DNA of 50,524 nucleotides, filler included, from Catajapyx aquilonaris (Eukaryota): NCBI GenBank assembly GCA_000934665.2. It is 2 parts of 2 records of this genome, joined end to end, with 100 filler letters (N's around TTAATTAATTAA, not from the genome) between each part and the next. Parts side by side here need not be neighbours in the genome. Positions count along the whole stretch, not along the records: positions 1 to 31,676 come from JYFJ02007520.1; 1 more part is not named here. One strand, 5' to 3'. Shown piece by piece: positions 1 to 11,963 of this stretch (position 1 is its first letter; each line of letters starts with the position of its first letter). The notes under the pieces were generated by a model. It saw only the letters and a program-made list of their open reading frames with translations, ran no database searches and was not told where the DNA came from. The position numbers and the translations under genes were made by a program.

Positions 1-782
1 TGATCTGGGCACATGAAGTATTTATCACGACTGTAATCTTCATGTGATGAGAGTTTAAAATTTAAACGTTCATTAAGTATGGCGATGAAGCGTTGGGCGT
101 GAGATGAACACGAACCAATTGTACGTCCTTGAAAGTTAACAATGTTTGATTCAGGAAAAATTCTTTCAACTGATGTTACGTTGGTTCGTAGCGTCACAGA
201 GTAGTTACCATTGTTGCAGAAGTAACAGGGCGAAATAGTTCGAAACAGAATGTGACTATTCCCCTGCACTAACTGGTCTATGCCTATTCTGTATGGGGTG
301 TTCCGTGATTCAGATTCAATGGTGTTTTGTGTCAACCCATTCTTAATGTGAAAAACATTATAATTACGTGTCATCCGATTGTACTTGAATGATCCTGTAA
401 ACAATCGGTAATTCACATTCTCATAAGTGTCAGCATGTGAATAAGCGATTGTCAGGAAACACTGTCCAGACATTTGTAAAACAAGGTCCCTATTTTGATC
501 TGATCTAGGCAAGTAGTACAGACTAGTGGCTATGATCACAGGTGTCTTGACCATATGAGGAATATGTGACAACTCCTTTGGCAGAATTGGTTCATCGTGA
601 AGGATGGCCACAGAGCAATTGACAAGTCTTCTGTCTGCAATCTGCATATTGGACACTACTTCTGCAAACAGTCTCAAATGTGTGTTCACTTCATCATGTA
701 GCATTACATCACCCACACGTCCAGAGGTAAATATAATTAACAACACAATCACGACACAGCTGGTGAATGTTACTGACACCAT
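1..782 (-). CDS. Divergent ionotropic receptor (IR-1), 5' part; runs off the left edge
   Basis: Not in the ORF track (no stop in window). The minus-strand frame is open from ATG 782: MVSVTFTSCVVIVLLIIF...NCSVAILHDEPILP...GQCFLT...ISPCYFCNNGNYSVT...VNFQGR, colinear with the IRs at 1182-3005 and 14812-16686. Confidence 0.85.
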   Translation of the reverse strand, partial: MVSVTFTSCVVIVLLIIFTSGRVGDVMLHDEVNTHLRLFAEVVSNMQIADRRLVNCSVAILHDEPILPKELSHIPHMVKTPVIIATSLYYLPRSDQNRDLVLQMSGQCFLTIAYSHADTYENVNYRLFTGSFKYNRMTRNYNVFHIKNGLTQNTIESESRNTPYRIGIDQLVQGNSHILFRTISPCYFCNNGNYSVTLRTNVTSVERIFPESNIVNFQGRTIGSCSSHAQRFIAILNERLNFKLSSHEDYSRDKYFMCPD

Positions 783-1181
783 GGCTGGTATGTCACACAA
801 AAAATAAATTTCCTGTACTTCTGTCCATTGGGACGACATCCGCGATGTCTAAACACTTTCTGAGTAGTCATAATTCAATGCAGGAGGAATACCAGACAAT
901 AGAAGATGGAAAAAAACAAACTTCAGTCTTTCGATCGACCACAAGTGGTCACCATCGCGACGGCACACCACACTATAACAACACATCAAGTAATTTTCTA
1001 ATGGATGTTCTTGATTGGTATTGACGAATAATTTATTGGCCTAAATTAATTTGCAAATGGTTTCTCAACACCATTATCTACTCGGGCAGGCACAGCAAGA
1101 ATTATTCACATCATGTCGAGCACATATGGAAGGGATATTTGACGTTTTCCGATACAATATATTTTCCCCTCCAACGTGTAT

Positions 1182-3005
1182 CTATACAGTCCCGGATATG
1201 CCTGAAAAAACTGCTCCTGACACTGCCTGAGCTGCTTCTTTTGACTTACACGACACTTCGACTACGAAACAAACTATAGCAAATACTACACCGGAAAACA
1301 GAAACTGAAATGGCGCCTTCAACTGATTCAGTTGGAATGGTTGTGGCCTGTGTTCGTGAATGGGATGAATAACCTCTGACTTGTACCGCATCATCTGGTT
1401 CACATATCCAACGCTCTCATAGAACAGACGGATCACACCAGTGAACAGACCCATTTCAACCCATATCAGTGATGCTCTGTTCAGAGATTCATACATGATT
1501 GAGTATTGCGTCAGCATCAGGCCGACCATGGAATATGGGAGGTCACTCACGGAAATGTGCACTTGATCACTGTGGAGGTCGCTGTAAATGGCTGATAAAA
1601 TTCGCCAGGGCCCATCGTTTATTAAACATGCGTACCTCTGAGTAAGGGCCGTGGCTATGCATTTTTCTAATGGAGAAAGATAATTATTTTTAGCGTCATA
1701 TAGTTCTACATGTGACACAATTTCTCTATGAATCAGGCTGGAAGTAGTGTTACGTATTTCATCAAAGTAATCCGCAGGTAAAACTGATCCCCATCTGTAT
1801 TTCATATCAATCAAGTGCTGCAAACTGTCCACATTCTTGGCACTTTGGGAGGTCAAGTTTCCGACCATATCCATCGTGAAGTAATTGGAAAGCAGGAGGC
1901 AGAAGTAAAGGTACACAACCACCAGTAATTTGACGGGAGGGGTCATCTCCTTCAGTCCTGGACCTTGTCCCAGAAGAGGAGGAAAGGTGTCCAGGAGGAG
2001 TGTTTTCATCCACTGGGACCATTTCACCCCCGAACATCTTCTGTCAGAGGCCAACAATATAACCGCGGTGACTATCCCAACAGAAATCAGCAAGAGAAGT
2101 GTGACTGGCCACTCAAATGGCATCAGATGCAATGCCCATGCGGTGCTAATTGCATTTCTTTTAGTTATTATTAGAATCTTTCTGATTTCGTAAGGTTGGG
2201 TGAAATCTAAATCATCCTTCATTACAGACAACCTTATTAACTGGTTTTGGCAAAACGCATATTTCTCTCTGATGTTTGATAGCACGGTTTGATAATTTAA
2301 ATATTTCTGAAACACATCATTTATGAGTGTGAAACAGTTGCATATGTGAATTTTTCTTCCGTTGAAGTTCACAGTGCCCAGCTCAGGAAACACTTGTCGC
2401 ACGGATGTCACGTTCTTTTTGATGGTAACAGAGTAGTTTCCATTGTCGCAAAAATAACAAGGCGAGGTCAGACGAAAGCGTGTCTCGCCATTTATCCGAT
2501 TGAACTTGCCCATTCCAACTCGGTGTATGTTATGCTCCAAGTCCGGCATTACCGAATTTGTAGTCATCCCTTCTTTGATGTGATAGATATTAAAATTCCG
2601 CACTTCCATAGGATACATCAGTTTGTCGTAAAATAAGTCATACTTCACTTTTAGATATGCGTTTGAATGAGAGTAATGAACAGTCACGAAGCACTGTCCC
2701 GCCCTCTGCATCACCAGTGGATAGTTGTTCCCTCCCCCAATCCGATGCATGCTGGAAGCAACGACAAGAGACGTGTTGACACTTGTTGTCAGTGGTGACA
2801 GTCCAGTTGGCAGCACTGGTTCGTCGTGAAGGATGGCGACGGAGCAGTTGGCCAGCCTGCCATCCGCCTCTTGAATCTTGGTCACTGTTTCGGCGAACAA
2901 TATTTCTTCCGAGTCCTCATCACTGGGCAGGACATTGACCTTTGTGTGGACAACACCAGCGATAAAGATGAGTACACACATGGAAGTTCCGTATGACACC
3001 TGCAT
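1182..3005 (-). CDS. Divergent ionotropic receptor (IR-2), intronless, 607 aa
   Basis: Signal peptide; VNFNGRKI start of S1; DFTQPY; PF-x-W plus M1; LLGQG pore; M2 (YLYFCLLLSNYF..MVGNLT); VDSLQHL; S2 ending LNRASLIWVEMGL; terminal TM after LNQLKAPF. This is iGluR/IR topology. Confidence 0.88.
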   Translation of the reverse strand: MQVSYGTSMCVLIFIAGVVHTKVNVLPSDEDSEEILFAETVTKIQEADGRLANCSVAILHDEPVLPTGLSPLTTSVNTSLVVASSMHRIGGGNNYPLVMQRAGQCFVTVHYSHSNAYLKVKYDLFYDKLMYPMEVRNFNIYHIKEGMTTNSVMPDLEHNIHRVGMGKFNRINGETRFRLTSPCYFCDNGNYSVTIKKNVTSVRQVFPELGTVNFNGRKIHICNCFTLINDVFQKYLNYQTVLSNIREKYAFCQNQLIRLSVMKDDLDFTQPYEIRKILIITKRNAISTAWALHLMPFEWPVTLLLLISVGIVTAVILLASDRRCSGVKWSQWMKTLLLDTFPPLLGQGPGLKEMTPPVKLLVVVYLYFCLLLSNYFTMDMVGNLTSQSAKNVDSLQHLIDMKYRWGSVLPADYFDEIRNTTSSLIHREIVSHVELYDAKNNYLSPLEKCIATALTQRYACLINDGPWRILSAIYSDLHSDQVHISVSDLPYSMVGLMLTQYSIMYESLNRASLIWVEMGLFTGVIRLFYESVGYVNQMMRYKSEVIHPIHEHRPQPFQLNQLKAPFQFLFSGVVFAIVCFVVEVSCKSKEAAQAVSGAVFSGISGTV

Positions 3006-3732
3006 AGTCGCTATGTGTTCAAGACTGTTGCTGATGTTATTCTTTCTGCTCCATAGTCCGGGACAACACTAGTCAAGATAATTCACTATTCCCTCACTGT
3101 GGCTTGGGAACTTCTGATATAATATTTTACAAGTGGTTTTCATCAGCAAATTGCTTTTAACCTTTAGGACCACAGTACTTTGCTTGATTGCTGAACATGT
3201 AATTTCTACTGTCTCTATTCATAACGCTACTCAATAATTCAGACCCCGCAAAACACTTTTCCTAATGATGCCCCAAAGATCAGTCACAGAATGTATACAT
3301 ATTTTAAAAGCCAGTCCTAACAAAGATATTATCCGTTTTCGGACACAATATAATTATATTTCCCTCCAACGTGCATCTATACTTACATAACTCATGCATG
3401 TATACCGTACCTATTGAGTACTCCTAAACAAAGAGAATGTCTTCTGTGAATCAACAACTGTCAACGTTATATAAAGCGAATGCAACAAGTCCTTGACATA
3501 TAATGCACACGCAGATCCATGAATTCGGTGCCACACAAATCATCACTGCATGTCTGTCCTTTCGCCTCAATAATAATGAGGAACATCTGGTGTGACAGGT
3601 TTCATGGATGTATGTCATTCTCTGTCAGATAATTCCTGGATAATTCCGTACCTCCCTGTTATGCTGCATCCATCGTGTCAGATTGACCTGATCTAACGTA
3701 GTGCTTCCAATCGTATTAACTGGTAAGTATGT

Positions 3733-4065
3733 TGGGGAGGCGTGGTGGCCGAGATGGTAACGTCTCGGCTTGCTGTGCAGAAGGTCCGGGTTCCATCCCC
3801 GCCTGGACGTTCCCTTTCGCCTGCGTCAGTGGGTCCTGACCCGCGCCTAGCAACCTTTGCAACCTAGCCTCCTGGGGGACTACACATGACCCATTTCAGA
3901 CAATGCACTTGCACCTGTGTCCCCTCCCCTAGAAATCCCCATCCTTACCCATATCCTTCCTTGCACTAGAGAATGAAGAAAAATGTTGCAATAACACTAA
4001 ACAACTGATGGTGGTATGCCACTCCCACTATTGCGACTTGCAGTTGTATCACGTGGTATAAAAAA
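3733..4065 (+). mobile_element. tRNA-derived SINE
   Basis: A box TGGCCGAGATGG, B box GGTTCCATCCC and A-rich tail. Flanked by an imperfect duplication (ctggtaagtatgt / ccggcaagtatgt). Absent at the paralogous site near 11945; its 3' part recurs at about 7570-7705. Confidence 0.7.
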
Positions 4066-4358
4066 CCGGCAAGTATGTGATCTCTTATACAAGTAATGTC
4101 TGGTAAATTATGAAGATTTTGATTTTGAAACTGACACTTGCGCTGAATAAAATTATTCAACAATTTCTAGAAAAAGGTATTAGAGATATTCATGCATCTG
4201 GCGCATCTGGAATTTCACTATTTTAAAATTTAAAAATGGATGAAACACTTACACCACATAATTATATAAGTATGGAATATCTGCGCAGGCCTTGCTATAT
4301 GAATTATTTTCCCATTTCGTTCACTACACATTCCAGCTGGGAACAGGCATCTCACACC

Positions 4359-6350
4359 ATGGTTGGCCTTCATACAACACTTCTGATTTTAATTACAGGT
4401 AAGTTACACTGCTTATTATATCGATATAATTACTGAGGGGCATTAATATATTCTGATTACAAATTTCTCAAATCAGTAAGTGCAGGGAATGTCAACGCCC
4501 AGGACAACACTCTGCTTCTTACGTTGCTCCGAAATGTCTCAACATACTGCGTATCAAATTTGACTTCGTGTAATTGTCCATCGAAGGAAATTAACTGCGG
4601 TATGTGCCCTGCCTCGAGATGACTGGCAATAAGAGTTTAGTGTAAGTAACCTGTGATTATTGCAGGTGAACAGATAGGCTCATTCAGTGACAACAATGGA
4701 ACCTGCTACATACTAGGCCTTCCTGACTGCAACTACAAAGCAACTGAATTCTACCTGACCAACTCAGCCGAGCCTAACAATAAGCAGAATCTCACTTTCA
4801 ACAGCACAACCCTGTTGGATCAATCCAATGTAACTCTTCATGCTATACAATTGTGTATATGCACGGACTTGGAGAAACTGCTGATTCAGAATTTGGAAAC
4901 GCAATTAAAGCAGAGTATCTCAGGGCAGCTAAGAACACGGTAGTGTGATCAACACTTTACAGCGTCCTTGCAGATATTTACTAACAACATTTTTCGCAGG
5001 GTCGATGTGTCAACATAATCCTGGTTGGATATTTAGGACCGCTGGATCGTAACGTCGTGGACATCTTCAAAAACCTGGAAGTAGTGGCTAGAAGAGTCGC
5101 CTACGTCATCTACCTGTGCAAACTGAAAGGTACTCCACCGCCTCAGATTCACCTGATAGGCACGAGCTTAGGCGGTCTGGCAGTTGCATATGTCGTCAGG
5201 CGTCTGGCGACAAACTACAGCATCATCATCGGTCGATGCACAGGTAGCCCATGTCAGATCCTGGTGTATTGTCGTATTGGTTCACGACTTGTTTCTTGGC
5301 AGCTCTGGATCCTGTTGGTCTAGGAAACTGCTACTGCCGAGAGATAGCGGCCGGATACATGCTGAATCCAAATGACACTCTGTACGCAATGAATATTCAT
5401 TCCAATGGAGGAAATTTGACTGAGGGTGAAATTGGTTGCCTTGATGCATATGGTCTTGTGGATTACTATCCTAACGGAGGTCAGCTGCAACCCACATGTG
5501 CCAATGTTCTCAAGTGTAAGTGTCACATGCCACACACACTGATTGTCCTAGAGTCAGTTCAACGCATGACTATTCAGGCAACATGTATTTTGTTACAGTG
5601 GACGTTTTGTGCAGCCACTCCGGAGCACCACGGTACTTCAACGAGAGCATCAATTCAATATGTAACTTCACATCCTTCCAAGTGCCCAAGGGTACTCCTT
5701 TCTCGAACTATAACAAGTACTTTGCCAATGCTTCCATGGGGATGTTGGGGGAACCATCGGCAAGCACCGGAGCCAAAGGAGTGCAATTCCTATTGACAAA
5801 GGGATTTCAACCCTACTGTGGTATGTATTATACAGTATATTATGTTGAGTTGATCTGACTCTACAAGTGACTCTAACTTGTTGAAAATTGCAGGTACCCA
5901 GTTTCTGGTCAAGGTGACTGTCGCTCCATTAGTGGCAACAATGTTATTCACCATTTCACTGTATAATGGATCGTGCAGTACGGGGAATATGAATTTCACC
6001 ACTATGTAAGTGTAATGCGAATTTCCATGAACAGCCACATTGCCTGACGAACACTCTTTGCAGCAATACCACACAGACATCCTCCGAAGTGATCATCGGC
6101 GACTATTGTCCCATGGGTTTCGACACTGGGAAAACAATTATTACAGCTACAATTACACTTCCGGTCATTCTCTCGTCGAGAATAACGTGCATGGAAGTCG
6201 TCAATGAATTTGGACAGAGGTATGGAAAGCACGAATCTTGTTAATAAGACGAATCAGTACATTTTAACTTCCTTTTCCAGAAAGTACGGATCATCTTCCA
6301 ACATTTTAGCACTATCATTTAACATTACATTAAATGACACAGCTTGTTAA
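4359..6350 (+). pseudogene. Pancreatic-lipase-family gene copy 1, frameshifted
   Basis: Same 9-exon structure as 8313-10317. It is 1 nt shorter at about 4830 (aatgtaactcttca vs aattacaactcttca), which shifts the frame before the HG motif and catalytic triad. A sequencing error cannot be excluded. Confidence 0.75.
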
Positions 6351-6707
6351 TGAGAGGAATGGTCTCGTCGTCACTTCAGCTCTCATCTACTCGTATATTG
6401 TGTATTTCAGTTGTAACAGTACAGTATGAAATTGACATTATTACCTAGCAAAATTTATGATGACAATTTGTGACATTACAGTGTATAAAGACACATAGAG
6501 AATGCAAGAAATAAATTATTATGATTGGAAAATATCAACTTTAGAGATTTACTGGTTTGACCGGTTAGATGATATTAATTATTCACCAGTATCCACAAAC
6601 ATATATTTTAAGCCAAAAGTTTCGAAAATAAATGAGGAAGTGTACTATACATCACCGCATTTATTACAAGAAGTTGAAAAGGCATTCTGTTTCTGAAAAA
6701 ATATGAA

Positions 6708-7022
6708 TTTATGATTTATGCAACACTTCGCATATGAAACAAATGTCAGAAAATACTACACCAGACACCAGCAACTGAAAAGGAGCCTTCAACTGATTCA
6801 GTTGGATGCTTTGTGGGCCGTGTTCATCAATGTTCATCCGTGTTCATCCATGACCCCTGACTTGAACGACATCATCTGATTAACGTATGCGGTACTATAT
6901 TACAGGTCATGCGGATCACACCAGTCAGCAAACCCATGTCAACCACTGTCATCGCAGCTCTGTTCAGACACTCCTGCATGATTGATGATCACTGCCTCAT
7001 AATAATCAGACCAATCATCACA
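6708..7022 (-). pseudogene. IR 3' remnant
   Basis: Minus strand gives MIGLIIMRQ*..CLNRAAMTVVDMGLLTGVIR...QLNQLKAPFQLLVSGVVFSDICFICEV with a stop and frameshifts; homologous to the IR-2/IR-3 C-termini. Confidence 0.8.
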
Positions 7023-7817
7023 TCATCCCTGATTACCTGCACCGGAGATAGAATAAAATGAAAATAGGAAATGGAAAGATGGTGGTATTCCACCCCCCAA
7101 TTCATTGACACACTGTATCATGGAGTACAACTTTTAAGCACTGCTCATCTAAGAATTCAGGGGCGCGCACCTGTGACAAAAGGGGGTATCGCAAAACCTG
7201 AAGTCCCTAACTATCTCTCAACCACATTATCTACTCATCATTCCCATCGTGCCTAGCACGTCAGTAATGCATAAATTACCACAAGCATTTTCAGTGGTTA
7301 CACAATGTAATATTTGTAGGCTGTTAATTTAAATTAAAAATAATTAATCGATGGAAAGCCTGGCAGAGAGATGGTATGATATATACAGGCACTTTGTCTC
7401 GAATAAATAAATTACACTAGTCGGGACAACACTAGTCAATATTTCCCTCCAACGTGCATCTATACTTACATAACTCATGCATGTATACCGTACCTATTGA
7501 GTACTCCTAAACAAAGAGAATGTCTTCTGTGAATCAACAACTGTCAATGTTATATATAAAGAAAATGTATAGAAATCCCCATCCTTACCCATATCCTTCC
7601 TTGTACTAGAGAATGAAGAAAAATGTTGCAAAAACACTAGACAACTGATGGTGGTATGCCACCCCCACTATTACGACTTGCAGTTGTATCACGTGGTAAA
7701 AAAAACCGGCAAGTATGTGATCTCTTACACAAGTAATGTCTGGTAAATTATGAAGATTTTCATTTTGAAACCGACACTTGCGCTGAAGAAAATTATTCAA
7801 CAATTTCTAGAAAAAGG

Positions 7818-8131
7818 TGTGACCGCCCGAAGGCGGCGACAGAAACAACGTGGGTGACTTGTAAGATATCAGTTTATTTACGTCAACAATAAGACAATCG
7901 TGGAAGTTACGACAGAGGGAGGAGGTGTGCGGAAAGAGGAGTGGACCCCCGACGTGTGCGGTACGGACACACCGAAAGGACCTCGAGGAAGACCCGAACC
8001 AGCAATATATAGTAGGGAGACCCGAGGGCCGATGGGAAAAAAGGCCAGTGATAACAAGGGCACCCAAAGGGATGATGGGAAAGAACCCTCGGTGGGATCA
8101 CAAGTCGAATGCGTCAACTAGCATGTTCACA
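7818..8131 (-). mobile_element. Solo LTR (314 bp)
   Basis: TGTGA...TCACA termini and 4-bp AAGG target duplication. The empty site is visible in lipase copy 1 (aaaaaggtattag, about 4171). TATA-like then AATAAA signals lie on the minus strand. Confidence 0.8.
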
Positions 8132-8312
8132 AAGGTATTAGAGGTATTCATGCATCTGGCGCATCTGGAATCTCACTATTTTAATATTTAAAAATGGATG
8201 AAACCCTTACACCACACATATAAGTATGGCATATCTGCGCAGGCCTTGCTATATGAATTATTTTCCCATTTCGTTCACTACACATTCCAGCTGGGAACAG
8301 GAATCTCACACC

Positions 8313-10317
8313 ATGGTTGGCCTTCATACAACACTTCTGATTTTAATTACAGGTAAGTTACACTGCTTATTATATTGATACAATTACTGAGGGGCATTAA
8401 TTCTGATTACAAATTTCTCAAATCAGTAAGTGCCGGGAATGTCAACGCCCAGGACAACACTCTGCTTCTTACGTTGCTCGGAAATGTGTCAACATACTGC
8501 GTATCTAATTTGACTTCGTGTAATTGTCCATCGAAGGAAATTAACTGCGGTATGTGCCCTGCCTCGAGATGACTGACAATAAGAGTTTAGTGTAAGTAAC
8601 ATGTGATTATTGCAGGTCAACAGATAGGCTCATTCAGTGACAACAATGGAACCTGCTACATACTAGGCCTTCCTGACTGCAACTACAGAGCAACTGAATT
8701 CTACCTGACCAACTCCGCTGACCCTAACAATAAGCAGAATCTCACTTTCAACAGCACAACCCAGTTGGATCAATCCAATTACAACTCTTCATGCTATACA
8801 ATCGTGTATATGCACGGACTTGGAGGAACTGCTGATTCAGAATTTGGAAACGCAATTAAAGCAGAGTATCTAAGAGCAGCTAAGAGCACGGTAGTGTGAT
8901 CAACACCTTACAGCGTCCTTGCAGATATTTACTAACAACATTTTTCTCAGGGTCGATGTGCCAACATAATCCTGGTTGGATATTTAGGACCGCTGGATCG
9001 TAACGTCGTGGACATCTTCAAAAACCTGGAAGTAGTGGCTAGAAGAGTCGCCTACTTCATCTACTTGTGCAAACTGAAAGGTACTCCACCGCCTCAGATT
9101 CACCTGATAGGCACAAGCTTAGGCGGTCTGGCAGTTGCATATGTCGTCAGGCGTCTGGCGACAAACTACAGCATCATCATCGGTCGATGCACAGGTAGCC
9201 CATGTCAGATCCTGGTGTATTGTCGTATTGGTTCACGACTTGTTTCTTGGCAGCTCTGGATCCTGTGGGTCTAGGAAACTGCTACTGCCGAGAGATAGCG
9301 GCCGGATACATGCTGAATCCAAATGACACTCTGTACGCAATGAATATTCATTCCAATGGAGGAAATTTGACTGAGAATGAAGTTGGTTGCCTTGATGCAT
9401 ATGGTCATGTGGATTACTATCCTAACGGAGGTCAGCTGCAACCCACATGTGCCAATGTTCCCAAGTGTAAGTGTCACATGCCACACACACTGATTGTCCT
9501 AGAGTCAGTTCAACGCATGATAATCAGGACTTTAAGGCAACATGTCCTTTGTTACAGTGGACGCTGTGTGCAGCCACTCTGCAGCACCCAGGTACTTCAA
9601 CGAGAGCATCAATTCAATATGTAACTTCACATCTGTCCAAGTGCCCAAGGGTACTCCTTTCTCGAACTATCACATGTACTTTGCCAATGCTTCCAAGGGG
9701 ATGTTGGGGGAACCATCGGCAAGCACCGGAGCCAAAGGAGTGCAATTCCTGTTGACAAAGGGATTTCAACCCTACTGTGGTACGTATCATACAATATATT
9801 ACGTTGAGTTGTTCTGACTCTAACTTGTTGAAAATTGCAGGTACCCAGTTTCTGGTCAAGATGACTGTCGCTCCCTTGGTGGCTCAATTAGGGGCAACAA
9901 TAATATTCACCATTTCCTTGTCTAATGGAACGTGCAGTACGGGGAATATGAACTTCATCACTAAGTAGTAAGCGTAATGCGAATTTCCATGAACAGAGCC
10001 ACATTGCCAGACAATCACTCTTTACAGCCTCAATCTCACCAACACAACATCGTCTAAAGTGATCATTGGCGACTACTGCCCCATGAGTTTCGACACTGGG
10101 AAAAAAATTACAGCAACAATTACACTTCCAGTCATTCTCTCGTTGAGAATAACGTGCATGGAAGTCGTCAATGAATTTGGACAGAGGTATGGAAATGACT
10201 AATCTTGTTAATAAGACGAATCAGTAAATTTTAACTTCCTTTTCCAGAAAGTACGGATCATCTTCCACCATTTTAGCACTATCATTTAACATTACATTAA
10301 GTGACACCACTTGTTAA
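8313..10317 (+). CDS. Secreted pancreatic-lipase-family (lipase/PLA1-like) protein, copy 2, apparently intact, about 490 aa
   Basis: Exons 8313-8352, 8427-8549, 8616-8890, 8951-9194, 9254-9466, 9558-9779, 9841-9967, 10028-10186, 10248-10317 (all GT-AG) give a continuous frame. Motifs: signal peptide, YMHGLG, IHLIGTSLGG (Ser), ALDP (Asp), GHVDYYPNGGQLQPTC, CSH (His), YFNESI, QPYC, and a beta-rich C-terminal (PLAT-like) region. Confidence 0.85.
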
Positions 10318-10677
10318 TGAGAGGAATGATCTCGTCATCATTTCAGCTCTCATCTACTGGTGCTACCAGTTTGAACTCATGCGAAGAATTGGTTATTACT
10401 GTATTGAAATTGACATTAATACCTAGATATTTATGATGACATTTTGTGACATTACAGTGTATATATATACAAGGATATTACAGAGAATGGAAGAAATAAA
10501 TTATCATGATTAGAAATTATCAACTTTCATGATTGACTGGTTTGACCGGTTAGATGATATTAATTCACCAATATCCACACACATGTATTTTAAGCCAAAT
10601 GTTTCGAAAATAAATGCAGAAGTTTACTTTACGTCAACGCATTTATTACAATAAGTTGAAAGGCATTGTGTTTCTGA

Positions 10678-11010
10678 GTCAATGGCTCATGCACAGCTAA
10701 TGCAGCCCAAAAGTCCTCACTAACTAGTGCGACACTTGGTCCTCACTAACGCCACACTTATCAGTGGGGCTTAACGTCGGCCTAATTCTGCCTCTAAGGC
10801 TCAACACCGACGCCAGGGGGTGATCCTCCTCCTGGAAATTTGACCACTCTGGGGATCTTTAACGTGCACTCGCGCAATGTCACAAGCACACGGGACCGAC
10901 GGCTTTACTTCCCCTCCGAAGGTAGGCGCCCTCTCACTTTTCTACCACCCGGAGAAAAGTCACCGACCTCGGCCGGGTTCGAACCTACAACTTTGGGTCT
11001 AGCACTACTA
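10678..11010 (-). mobile_element. tRNA-derived SINE with Deu/Nin-like central domain
   Basis: Minus strand has B box GGTTCGAACCC followed by CCTTCGGAGGGGAAGTAAAGCCG..GGTCCCGTGTG...GCACGTTAAAGATCCC, resembling the Deu/Nin SINE core as I recall it. Similarity to the copy-1 3' flank stops here. Confidence 0.6.
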
Positions 11011-11963
11011 CCTTAAACAATAATTAATAATGACGGATTTACGGAAAAAATTCGGAGCTGGGGAAACAAATGAAAGATAGTCGCCCGCCTCTGTTCGTGA
11101 AGATGCCTCTATGCCTGGTTCAGAATATCCCCGCTAGGTAAGCGTCACCCGTCTTGGTCAGGGAGACTAGCGCCGCCCGTGGCAAACCCCCTCGGTGGGG
11201 GCGCAGAGCTAAGCTCATGTGGGGGAATAATGTACTGGGATAGGGAGTGATCCGGGGCCATTGGCTGTACGGGGTTATAGTGAAGGGTTAGTGTGACGCA
11301 AAAGAATGGGGGCCCCTTCACTAAGTTTTTGCCTTAGTGGACCGCTTTAGCAGGATCGCACTAAGCCCACACTAAGGCATAAAGCGCGACTCTGCATGCG
11401 GCTTTCCTTAGTGAACTGGGTCACGTGGTTTAAAGAACTGCACTAAAATCTTGTTGTTGACTCTGAATACTGACCACTGAGTAGGCTACTGCTAAACGAA
11501 AAAAATGTCTGCTGTGAATCAACACCTGTCTACGTTATTATGTAAAGCACGTGCCGTTTTCGGACACAATATATTTTCCCCTCCAACGTGCATCTACTTA
11601 CATAACTCATGCACGTATACCGTACTAGTACCTATTGAGTACTCCTAAACAAAGAGAATGTCTTCTGTGAATCAACAACTGTCTACGTTATGTAAAGCGC
11701 ATGCAGACTGGTAACATGTCCTCGACAGTACTTGACAAATGTCCAGGCAGATCTATGAATTCGGTGCCATACAAATCATCACTGTATGTCTGTCCTTTTG
11801 TCTCAATAAGAGGAAAATATGGTATGACAGGCTTCATGAGCTCATATAAGTCTCAGATAATTCCATACCTCCCAGTTATTATGCATACAGCATCGTTTCA
11901 GATTGGCGTGCTGTACCGTAGTGCTTCCAATCGTATTTACACCGGTAAGTACGTGTGTGATCG

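Noticed and set aside
1807..3072. Short antisense or alternate-frame ORFs over the IRs (likewise over the lipase, RPUSD and myosin genes)
   Set aside because: Shadows of real coding sequence with no independent signals.
3733..3812. tRNA gene
   Set aside because: A/B boxes are present but there is no convincing cloverleaf; it continues into a body with an A-tail and TSD, so it is a SINE head.
11311..11420. Possible small MITE (ttcactaag ... cttagtgaa)
   Set aside because: The inverted match is short and there is no clear TSD.
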